Translations under genes and position numbers: made by a program
Assembly: GCA_004347685.1 (NCBI GenBank)
Contig: SLTJ01000021.1
Span: 3,157-67,156, forward strand
Origin: Clostridia bacterium
GTDB taxonomy: Bacteria; Bacillota; DSM-521; Neomoorellales; SLTJ01
DNA length: 64,000 nucleotides
Reading direction: 5' to 3'
Notes under the pieces: generated by a model
What the model was told of the DNA's origin: nothing
Databases searched by the model: none
What the model saw: the letters and a program-made list of their open reading frames with translations, nothing else
In this document: piece by piece, positions 1 to 8,093 of the stretch
Numbering within the stretch: the first letter of the stretch is position 1
Layout: each line of letters starts with the position of its first letter

Positions 1-522
1 GGAAGGACGGCAGAGGGTCACCCCGCACCTGCCGCCGCGGTACCCGAACCCGGTATCTCACCTCTCCCCCACCCAGAGCTGCACCAGGGCTCATAAAGAG
101 AATAGCCAGGCAATGATTTGGGGTGGATTTCTTTCTCCACACCCCGAATCCCTTCGTAATAGCCCATTAGACTTTCTTATGTTCAACCCGTGGGGTATAA
201 GGGTGGGGGCTGTCTGCTCTTACCTATCCAAGCGATACTCGGTGGCTTACGGCTGGGTAAGGATATGGTGCAGGAAGCTGACCGGAAGGAGCCGGGCAAG
301 GTCAATTTCTTCCTGAGTATAAACCCTGGCTTCCACCGGCTCCACGATCTCGGCGGCAGCCCGGCCCAATAGGAGCGAGACTTGGCGATTGCAGCGAAGA
401 ACGGCTGGGTGCCGGACTGAACGGGACGTTACGGCCAAAGAAAAACCCTCCACTATGAGAGGGAACTAACAGGGAACCAAGCACTACCCCAGCCGGCAGG
501 GACACTACCCCTGGCGGCTATT

Positions 523-564
523 TTGTTGTCACCAAGGCCGGGTTGTTGTCAAATTGTTGTCAAA
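523..564. repeat. 11-bp tandem repeat TTGTTGTCAAA x2 (543-564) plus a partial copy at 523; candidate tyrosine-integrase arm-type sites
   Basis: Repeat is directly visible. An 11-bp period in a remnant-rich region next to a tRNA is typical of integrase arm sites (inference). Confidence 0.5.
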
Positions 565-690
565 CGGCTTAAAGACGGGAATCCCCTTCGCGGCTATTTT
601 ATCCTTTTCACCAGAGTCCCGGAGGCGGTTGCATCACAGTGGCATCATCCTACGCCTGGCCAAATGAAAGGCTGGGGAGTTCCTGCCGGC

Positions 691-944
691 CTAGGCGGTA
701 GCCACCTCAGGGTAACGGCGAACTGGTACTATCACTTGCCCCTGGGCAGGCCCCGGCTCACCGGCCAGCTTTTCCATTTTCTTGGCGACCGCAGCCGTAT
801 AATAATGCTCGCCGCACTGCCGGCAGACGCCTGCCGGGACGCCCTCGAGTATAATCAACCTGTCCCCGGTTCGATAGTCGACCCTCGCCAGTTTTTCCTC
901 CACTTTACCGCCACAAAAGGAAAGTCAGCATACTTATACCCCAC
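691..944 (-). pseudogene. YgiT-type zinc finger protein (MqsA-like antitoxin partner), frameshifted
   Basis: RBS AAAGGAGG then GTG at 944 reads MGYKYAD. Adding one base at ~922 restores D-C-S-F-C-GGKVEEK, in frame with the 691..903 ORF that carries VPAGVCRQCGE. Confidence 0.75.
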
Positions 945-946
945 GG

Positions 947-1257
947 TTATTTCCTCCTTTTCCTGGTCTTCCAGTCGGGCTCCCATTCGTCGGGGTCGGG
1001 GACATAAACCGTGATTATTCTCACCCATCCGCTGGGAAGAAATCCAACCACTATATGGGCGGGGAGCCCACCACTTGTAAAACCGCAGACCAGGCAACTT
1101 GGCCCCCTCGGGTCGTCGGGGTACGACTCGATAACTTCCCCGGAGGCAATAGCGTCCTCTAAATCGTTGACGGTGAGGTTATCGTTAAGCCTCTCCCGCT
1201 CGGCGTGCCTCGAAATCTCATATGCTCAAGGCTAACAGCACGTCGGAGCCTCCGCAT
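947..1257 (-). pseudogene. DUF4258 domain protein (putative toxin), frameshifted
   Basis: Minus frame reads YEISRHAERERLNDNLTVNDLEDAIASGEVIESYPDDPRGPSCLV...IITVYVPDPDEWEPDWKTRK*. The ATG at 1257 (MRRLRRAVSLE) is out of frame by one base near 1222. Sits directly upstream of the YgiT gene. Confidence 0.75.
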
Positions 1258-1372
1258 GTTTATGACTTCGTTAATACCATGCCGGTTCCCATCTTTCTAG
1301 CGAGCCGTAGGGCCGGCACTCAAAACGGGTCAGCTAACAAATTGGCGAGGGGCCGCGGCCCTTACTGTCGCC

Positions 1373-1780
1373 GTGCCTATCATTCTTAATCCCTTGCCAA
1401 AGAACATCTTCGCAAAATGGGAAGAAAGTCAAGCGGCAGCTTTTGGTTCCGGCTCGTCCGGGTTAGGAACCCCCATCATCCCGCGAAACCTTCACCAGAA
1501 ATTTTACGAGCTGGTGGAGAAGGCTGAAATTAGCAGGCTCAACCTGCACGCCCTCCGCCACAGCTTCGCCACCCGGCTGCCGGAAGAAGGCGAGGGTCTG
1601 AAGGTAGTCCAGGAGTTGCTGGGCTGCTCCAGGATCGATACCACCGCCGATATCTACTCCCACGTATCCCGCGAGTTGAAGTGGCGGGCGGCCGAAAAGA
1701 TAAACGGTATCTTGGCGGCGGCGGGCACCAAATGGGCACCAAAAAAGGGTTTTGAGGAAGCACGTCTACGACGAACATAG
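1373..1780 (+). pseudogene. Tyrosine recombinase/phage integrase C-terminal remnant
   Basis: GTPIIPRNL, LHALRHSFATRL, VQELLGCS (H replaced by C) and TTADIYSHV. No N-terminal or core-binding domain, and the first catalytic Arg region is absent. Confidence 0.8.
1723..1744. repeat. 11-bp tandem repeat GGGCACCAAAT/GGGCACCAAAA at the integrase 3' end; candidate arm-type sites
   Basis: Visible repeat immediately after the integrase C-terminal helix. Confidence 0.5.
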
Positions 1781-1864
1781 GCCGAGTGTGCCTGAGTGCG
1801 CTTTTAGCCGGGCGGTGGAGAAAAACCAGGCATTTAGACGCAAGAGAGAGAACGGGAGAAGAGG

Positions 1865-2089
1865 CTAAAGCAGGTCAAGCAACTGATCAATGGTGAGCCC
1901 CGCCTGTTTCAGGATGCTCTTAAGGGTCTTAGGCGGCAATGTTTCTTTAGGGTGAACCGGGACAGTGACGAGCCCGCTCCCGCGGCGGTATAGTTGGTGG
2001 TGGCTGCCTTCAACATTTACCACGACAAACCCTGCGCTCTTTAAGGCTGCCACAACTTCTTTACCCCCAACACGTGGTAACCTGGTCAC
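1865..2089 (-). CDS. hicA: HicA family mRNA interferase toxin
   Basis: 74 aa with GF....GSH and VTVPVH....L...TLKSILKQAG motifs. Overlaps the hicB stop by 4 bp. Confidence 0.92.
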   Translation of the reverse strand: MTRLPRVGGKEVVAALKSAGFVVVNVEGSHHQLYRRGSGLVTVPVHPKETLPPKTLKSILKQAGLTIDQLLDLL

Positions 2090-2313
2090 GTGATGTTCAC
2101 CAATACTTCGTCAATATCAACGTCTCCCTCGGGCACAGGTTCGCCGATCAGCTTCAGGCCCTTGAGGTGGCCCTGGATGGCCTCCCGCGCCCTTTGCAGA
2201 GCCTCCTCCCTGGTGCGGCCATAGGTGAAACAACCCGGCAGCGCCGGCACAGATACATGATAGGCATTACCTTCCCTATCCCACTCCAGGACAACCTTGA
2301 ATCCGCGCTCCAT
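2086..2313 (-). CDS. hicB: HicB family antitoxin, short form without a C-terminal DNA-binding domain
   Basis: VPALPGCFTYGRTREEALQRAREAI motif. ATG at 2313 follows RBS AGAAAGGTGG. Confidence 0.9.
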   Translation of the reverse strand: MERGFKVVLEWDREGNAYHVSVPALPGCFTYGRTREEALQRAREAIQGHLKGLKLIGEPVPEGDVDIDEVLVNIT

Positions 2314-2371
2314 ACTAACCACCTTTCTTTTTCGCCCTGGCAAGGGGTGTGACTGTTCCGCTCCTGAGAGT

Positions 2372-2400
2372 ATTCTACATGATCCTTCCCACGATTACAA
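2372..2400 (-). promoter_or_regulatory. SigA-type promoter for hicB-hicA
   Basis: TTGTAA-17 nt-TAGAAT on the minus strand. Confidence 0.55.
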
Positions 2401-2561
2401 CCAAGGTGGCGATTGTAACGGGACACATGGTACGCAGCATGACCCTTTCTATGACGACGGGCGTTACGGGGCCGGTGACTGAGGTTGTGACGGGAACAAT
2501 GGTTACCTGAAAACCAACATGCGTTATAATAGCGGTAAGCGGCAGTTATCCGAGGGAGGAG

Positions 2562-2717
2562 TGTGCTACGGACATTCTGAGCGTAATCCAGTACCTTGGT
2601 CCACAGGCCACGCCGGCCGAAATCGCCCGCGTTACCGAGCGGCCCTATGCGTCGGTGAAGGTCACCCTTTCCCGGCTGGCGAAAAAAGGCGTAGCGCGTT
2701 CCGTCAGAGGTGTTTAG
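2562..2717 (+). pseudogene. Winged helix-turn-helix fragment
   Basis: Reads ATDILSVIQYLGPQATPAEIARVTERPYASVKVTLSRLAKKG. RBS GAGGGAGG and GTG at 2561 are out of frame; TATAAT at 2525. Confidence 0.5.
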
Positions 2718-2753
2718 AGGCCTTTTCGATGCCTATGGCGAGGTCCGCCCGCT

Positions 2754-3071
2754 GAGCTTACATCCGCCAGGACCTGGAAGGTGGGTGTCCTCTGGCTGCG
2801 CCAGGAAACCACCACGCCATTTGCTGTAGAATTCAGGTACTGGGCCGGCGGGGGTACCGGCGCAGATGGTCTGACCTTCATGTTTTACAAGGACAAAAAT
2901 TACGGGCCGGGCAGTGGCTACGGACTAGGTTTCAATGGGGCCCCGGGCTATGCCATAGAGTTCGATAGCTACGGTAACTCGGGCGATTACTCAGGCAGTC
3001 ACATCGCCCTTATTAAAGACAGCACGACAAACCATCTTAGGGAACTAAGAGAACCATCAAAGATAACATAA
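2754..3071 (+). pseudogene. L-type (legume/ConA-like) lectin domain fragment
   Basis: LTSA..K.GVLW, GADGLTFMF, GYAIEFDSY.N and D....HIA motifs. No RBS or signal peptide, and truncated at the C-terminus. Confidence 0.65.
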
Positions 3072-3130
3072 CCGTCAGGGACGCAAGCCCTGGCGGTTAT
3101 GTTATTGTCCTCACCAGGACCCCGGAGCGG

Positions 3131-3157
3131 GTTGCAGTAAATACTCCTGTTGCAGTA
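3131..3157. repeat. GTTGCAGTA x2 just beyond the tRNA 3' end; candidate arm-type sites
   Basis: Copies at 3131 and 3149, about 30 bp from the tRNA CCA end. Confidence 0.4.
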
Positions 3158-3188
3158 CCACTCCGAACCCTGGAACCCTTGTCAAATT

Positions 3189-3263
3189 TGGAGCGGAAAA
3201 CGGGATTCGAACCCGCGACCCTCGGCTTGGGAAGCCGATGCTCTACCACTGAGCTACTTCCGC
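3189..3263 (-). tRNA. tRNA-Gly (CCC)
   Basis: GCGGAAGTAGCTCAGTGGTAGAGCATCGGCTTCCCAAGCCGAGGGTCGCGGGTTCGAATCCCGTTTTCCGCTCCA folds as a cloverleaf with anticodon CCC and an encoded CCA. Confidence 0.97.
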
Positions 3264-3329
3264 TCGCCTTACTGCCTTGGTTGGCCTGCTTGCCAGCAAG
3301 ACCTTGATCCTTGTCTCTTACCGATTTTA

Positions 3330-3358
3330 ATTATATGCTGAGAAACCGGATTAGTCAA
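3330..3358 (-). promoter_or_regulatory. SigA promoter of tRNA-Gly
   Basis: TTGACT-17 nt-TATAAT. Confidence 0.8.
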
Positions 3359-3525
3359 GGGGCTGAAAAACAAATTACTGGCTTCGCTAGGCCTTTGAGT
3401 CCGCACATCTGCGCCAAGTGCAACGGCATGAAAACCAGGGCGGCTGAGGTGGGCCTGGATCAGGAACCGGCGACGCCGGTTCCTACAAGTGCCCCACCTC
3501 ACACCTCTCAGGGAGGTCCGGGCCC

Positions 3526-4386
3526 TCAAGGCTCGTCCCCAGGTGGCTCCCACGAGGGCCGGAAGGCCAACTGTAGGGTCTGGCGGGTAACTTCCCGGTA
3601 ATACTCCGACATAATGGACAGAAAATCAGGTTTACCTTTCCACCAGGAAGGCTGGCCTAGTTGCTTGAGCAGGGCCAGGTCTACTTCCGGCGGCGCGAGA
3701 TGTGGCCGCACCTGCTCCAGGACCGGTCCGGGTGCCCAAAAGTCCTGCGGCTCCGAGGGCAGCACCTCGCGTTCCGTAGGCTCTCCTGCCGGCTGCCCGC
3801 CATGCTGCTGCGGTTGATCCCCGGTAGGTTCCTCGGGTGCGGCTCCGGCGCCATCGGCCCACCTGGAGCGCAGGGCGGAAATTATCTCTTCACGGTTGCG
3901 ACCGCGCAGGCGCAGAAGCAAAAACGGGTCACGATCGAATTCCTGCCCCAGCAGGTAATATACCGCGGCGATATGCTTGCAGGGGTTGGCCCAGTCCGGG
4001 CAGGAACAACTGGTGGTCAGGTCGCCGGCCCGGGAGGGAAAGAGGTCCACCCCCGCTGCCGCGAAAACTTCTTCCAGCCCGGGCGGCATCTCCTCGGCCA
4101 ACAGCCGGGCGGCAAATACCGCCTGCCCTGACATGGTTTCAATTACTTTTGCCCACCGGGCGGCGTCCAAGGGCTCAATCTGAATCCGCACCTTGTATGG
4201 AGAAGGGCGGGAGCCCTGCACCCGGGCCTCCACCCGGCCCGGACCTATCTCCATTTGGAGCACGTTGCCCTGCCGGGCATAACTGCGGCCCCGCTGCAGC
4301 CGGCTGCGCCAGCCAAAGGACTCGAGCACCTCCAGCCAGCGCCTGGCCCACCAGTTACTTCCGAATTCTCCTGGTCTTCTTCCCAA
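3526..4386 (-). CDS. SWIM zinc finger protein (YwqB/Rv2102-like)
   Basis: RLQRGRSYARQG N-terminus and CSCPD...PCKH SWIM motif. Follows the SNF2 gene by 6 bp. Confidence 0.92.
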   Translation of the reverse strand: MGRRPGEFGSNWWARRWLEVLESFGWRSRLQRGRSYARQGNVLQMEIGPGRVEARVQGSRPSPYKVRIQIEPLDAARWAKVIETMSGQAVFAARLLAEEMPPGLEEVFAAAGVDLFPSRAGDLTTSCSCPDWANPCKHIAAVYYLLGQEFDRDPFLLLRLRGRNREEIISALRSRWADGAGAAPEEPTGDQPQQHGGQPAGEPTEREVLPSEPQDFWAPGPVLEQVRPHLAPPEVDLALLKQLGQPSWWKGKPDFLSIMSEYYREVTRQTLQLAFRPSWEPPGDEP

Positions 4387-4392
4387 GGCATC

Positions 4393-7300
4393 CTACTCCT
4401 CTATGGCCCTCCTGTCCAGGGCCAACAACTGCCGCAGCTCAACTGTAGACATCTCCGTAAGCCAGGTCTCACCGCTGCTGATAATATTTTCAGCCAGGGC
4501 CCTCTTTTCTTCGAGGACCCGGTCAATACGTTCCTCCAAGGTCCCGGTACAAATGAATTTATATACCTGCACCGGCCGGGTCTGGCCGATACGGAAGGCC
4601 CGGTCGGTGGCCTGGTCCTCCACCGCGGGATTCCACCAGCGGTCGTAATGAAAAACGTGGCTGGCCCGGGTCAAGTTCAGCCCCACACCGCCGGCCTTGA
4701 GGGAAAGGATAAATAGGGCCGGGCCCCGGCCGTCTTCCTCCTGGAAACGGCGCACCATCTCATCCCGGGCCCGCACCGGTACCCCTCCATGCAGGAACAG
4801 CACTTGCCGCCCCAGTGTCTGGGACAGGTTGCGCCGCAGCATCTCCCCCATCTGGGCAAACTGGGTGAAAATCAAGGCCTTGTCCCCTTCGGCCAAAATC
4901 TCCTCCAGCATTTCCACCAGCCGAGTTAATTTCCCCGACCGGCCTTCGAGAGCGCTGCCGTCCCCCGAGAAATGGGCCGGGTGGTTGCATATCTGCTTCA
5001 ACCGGGTAAGGGTAGCCAGCACCAGACCCTTGCGCTCTATGCCCTCGGCCCCTTCAATCCGGCTCAGCATCTCCTGCAACACGGCTTCATACAGGGTGGC
5101 CTGCTCCCGGGTCAGATAGCAATATGTTTTCATCTCCTGCTTGGGCGGGAGGTCCTTGATCACCAAGGGGTCGGTTTTCACCCGCCGCAGGATAAAGGGC
5201 CGGATCACGGCCTGCAGTTGCCTGGCCCGGGTCTCGTCCCCGTATCGCTCAACCGGCAGGGCGAAACGACGGCGGAAATCCGCGGCCGACCCCAGGTAAC
5301 CCGGGTTGAGAAACTCCATGAGGGACCACAGCTCGCCCAGGTGGTTTTCTACCGGCGTTCCGGTCAGGACCACCCGGTACCGGGCGGCCAGAGCGCGGAC
5401 ACTCTGGGCCTGCCGGGAGGAGGGGTTCTTGATGTTTTGCGCCTCGTCTAGCACTACTCCCTCCCACTCAACCCGGGCTAGAGTCTCCAGATCCCGGTAG
5501 GTAAGGGCATAGGTGGTCAACACCAGGTCGTACCCGCGGGCGGCCCGGGCCAAGGCTTCCCCGGCCAGCCTTTCCGGCCCGTGATGCACCATAACCGCGA
5601 TATCAGGCGCGAAGCGGGTCGCCTCCCGCTCCCAGTTGCCAACCACCGAGGTGGGGCAAACCAACAACACCGGCCCCCCGGCCTCTCCTTCCTCCTTCAG
5701 GTACAGGAGCCAGGCCAGTAGTTGAATCGTCTTGCCCAGACCCATGTCGTCAGCCAGGCAAGCCCCGAAACCGTATCTGGTTAGGAAGGCCAGCCAGGAA
5801 AAGCCGCGTTGCTGGTATGGCCGCAACTGCCCGGCAAAGGACCGCGGTGGCGGCAAGAGTTCCAACCTCTCCTTACCCTGCAGGCGTTCCAACAGCCTTC
5901 CCAGGCTTCCCCGGGCCTCCAAACCCACCACCGGCAGGCCGATACCTGTCTCCTCCTGGCCCACCTGCGCCCCCAGGCGCAGGACCTCGCCCAGAGTCAT
6001 GACCCGCTTGCGTTTCCAGAACTCGTAGGCCTTTTGCAGCCGTTCCGTATCTACCTCCACCCACTGGCCCCGCACTTGGACCAGGGGCACCTTGAGAGAG
6101 GCTAGGTGGCTGAACTCCTCCGGACTTATTTCGGTATCCCCCACGGCCAACCGCCAGTCGTACTCCACCAGACTCTCCAGCCCGAACTGCCCGGAAGCGG
6201 CGGCTCCAGTGGCTGTTTCGGCGGTCTTGACCCGCAGCCGCACGCCCAGGCCGGCTTTTCTTTCCTGCCACCAGGAGGGCAATTGTACCCCGAAGGAAGC
6301 CTGCTGCAGCAACAGCGCCCCTTCCTTGAGAAAGGCGTGGGCCTCCTCCGCAGGCAGATAACAACATTCCGGCCGGGCCGCGGCCAGGCTGCGCTCCAGC
6401 GGGGGAAAGAGACGGGCGGCCCGGGCCAGGTCGGCCAGGAACTGCTCCTGGGGCCGGTGGAATTGGCGGTCGAGGAATTTCAAGGTGTCTCCCCTTTCCC
6501 GCCAGATGGCCGCAGCCGGCACCAACAGGCTGGGATCCTCGACCGCCTGGAGGAAGAACCGCAGGGGCCAGCACAGGTGGCCATCGCCTGGTTCCCCTGT
6601 TTCCTCCCCCATGTCCTGCTGGTCCCCAGCGGCGGCCGGACCGCTCTCACCTTCAGCCGACATACCCTCCGGTCGCGGTTCCTCCAGGCGGAAACAGGTA
6701 CGGAAAGAGCGGGCTGTCTGCGGCGCCGCCAACTGGTCAACCCAATTCTTCCAGTCCCGGTAGAGCTTCTCCACCTCCACCTCGGGTCCGGCAGGTCCGG
6801 GTTCGGCCGCCGTCAGGGCCTGGACAAACCAGCGCGAGGCGACCCTTTCGGGCTTGACCTGCCCGCGCCGGTAGCGGGGCTGCATCCCCGGCAGGCAGTG
6901 CCGCACCGCCTGGTCTATCCCCGCAGCCACTGCGCTGCGCAAAAGTTCCCTGGCCGGCGGCGAAGCTCCTGCCGGCGGCCGGGCCGGTGCGAGCTGGCCG
7001 TCTGCCCGGCTCTTGCGTTCCCCGTCATCGGCGGCCGGGGTATCCGGCGGCCACAACAGGGCACGGCAGGCCGGGGGCATAGCCCCGGCCAGGAGCTCCA
7101 TCTCCCTGTCCACTGTCACGCCCGGAACCGGCTCCCAGACAGCCACCAGGGCCTCTCCCACTTCTCCGCGCACCTGGCGCAAGCCCGGCAGGTATCGCTG
7201 GCGCGCTGCCAGCTCCAGCACGTAACCGACGACCACCCGCCAGTAAATCAGGTCCGTCCCTACGACTACCCCGCCGGCGGGCCTGTCCGGCAAGAGCAGC

Positions 7301-7830
7301 AGTAAGTTCAACATCTCCCAGGCCGTCATGGCCAGGGTTTCAATTTTCCAGGCTGACACCTGGCCTTCTTTTAGCTCCTTACGGCCCGCTCCCCCAGATC
7401 CAAGCCGGACTTTCCTGCCGGCGCCCGCGGCATCCCCCTCCAGGTAGGGAGCCAATTCCGGGGACGGCAGGGGCCTGCCGCCGCTCGACGGCAACCAAGC
7501 CAGCGCCTCCCGGGCCGCTGTCGAACCCAGATCAAACCCAGACCATACCGGACCGCTTTCCGGGTCGAGGGAATCCCCCGGGGCCGCGGCCCGGCCCGGA
7601 TCCTCACGGCCGGACGAAAGGGCTGCCACCACGGCGGCCTGCACTTGCTCCGCCCTGGAGGCAAAGGGGTGGGAAGCTACCTGGCTGCGGTTTTTCCCTC
7701 TCCTTCCCCTCTGGCCGCCCTTTACCGGGGACGACGATGTTTCCGCCCACAGGCAAAAACGCCCTGCGGCCGGCGAACCCTGCCCGCTTTCAAAAGGCAA
7801 AGGCACCCATGTTCCGTGTAGTACCAGCAT
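4393..7830 (-). CDS. SNF2-family helicase/ATPase (YwqA/HelZ-like)
   Basis: LADDMGLGKT, DEAQNIKN, TGTPVENHL, FILRRVK, SLKAGGVGLNLT and QATDRAFRIGQ motifs. Start placed at MLVLHGTW (RBS GAGGA). Confidence 0.95.
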   Translation of the reverse strand: MLVLHGTWVPLPFESGQGSPAAGRFCLWAETSSSPVKGGQRGRRGKNRSQVASHPFASRAEQVQAAVVAALSSGREDPGRAAAPGDSLDPESGPVWSGFDLGSTAAREALAWLPSSGGRPLPSPELAPYLEGDAAGAGRKVRLGSGGAGRKELKEGQVSAWKIETLAMTAWEMLNLLLLLPDRPAGGVVVGTDLIYWRVVVGYVLELAARQRYLPGLRQVRGEVGEALVAVWEPVPGVTVDREMELLAGAMPPACRALLWPPDTPAADDGERKSRADGQLAPARPPAGASPPARELLRSAVAAGIDQAVRHCLPGMQPRYRRGQVKPERVASRWFVQALTAAEPGPAGPEVEVEKLYRDWKNWVDQLAAPQTARSFRTCFRLEEPRPEGMSAEGESGPAAAGDQQDMGEETGEPGDGHLCWPLRFFLQAVEDPSLLVPAAAIWRERGDTLKFLDRQFHRPQEQFLADLARAARLFPPLERSLAAARPECCYLPAEEAHAFLKEGALLLQQASFGVQLPSWWQERKAGLGVRLRVKTAETATGAAASGQFGLESLVEYDWRLAVGDTEISPEEFSHLASLKVPLVQVRGQWVEVDTERLQKAYEFWKRKRVMTLGEVLRLGAQVGQEETGIGLPVVGLEARGSLGRLLERLQGKERLELLPPPRSFAGQLRPYQQRGFSWLAFLTRYGFGACLADDMGLGKTIQLLAWLLYLKEEGEAGGPVLLVCPTSVVGNWEREATRFAPDIAVMVHHGPERLAGEALARAARGYDLVLTTYALTYRDLETLARVEWEGVVLDEAQNIKNPSSRQAQSVRALAARYRVVLTGTPVENHLGELWSLMEFLNPGYLGSAADFRRRFALPVERYGDETRARQLQAVIRPFILRRVKTDPLVIKDLPPKQEMKTYCYLTREQATLYEAVLQEMLSRIEGAEGIERKGLVLATLTRLKQICNHPAHFSGDGSALEGRSGKLTRLVEMLEEILAEGDKALIFTQFAQMGEMLRRNLSQTLGRQVLFLHGGVPVRARDEMVRRFQEEDGRGPALFILSLKAGGVGLNLTRASHVFHYDRWWNPAVEDQATDRAFRIGQTRPVQVYKFICTGTLEERIDRVLEEKRALAENIISSGETWLTEMSTVELRQLLALDRRAIEE

Positions 7831-8093
7831 ATCCGTCCTCACCAAAACGCCATATAAGCCGCCATCCGTCCGGCCGCACCAGGCGTGACCCACGTTAACC
7901 GGCGGTTCGAGTTCCATTCCTCTTACCTTACCACAAGGGCCAGCCCCGCGCAATATGTGAATTCGGCCGGTGAGCCGGTAGCGGAAGGGATTAACGCTAG
8001 AGGTCTGCCCTATTGATCTGGGTTAGGTTACCTCAACCAGCAGGAATCTGGCCATGAATACGGAATACAAAATACAAACAGGGTACCGTCATC

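Noticed and set aside
247-453. ORF with VEPVEARVYTQEEI, resembling either an integrase linker or an AbrB tail
   Set aside because: The match is too short and ambiguous; no catalytic or family motif.
1810-1840. TGGAGAAAAACCAGGCATT as a degenerate att copy of the tRNA-Gly 3' end
   Set aside because: Needs several gaps and mismatches; chance-level similarity.
5873-7305. Long alternative-frame and antisense ORFs (233 aa, 399 aa) over the SNF2 gene, and similar ORFs across the GC-rich genes
   Set aside because: Shadow ORFs expected at high GC3; Gly/Arg/Pro-rich and without motifs.
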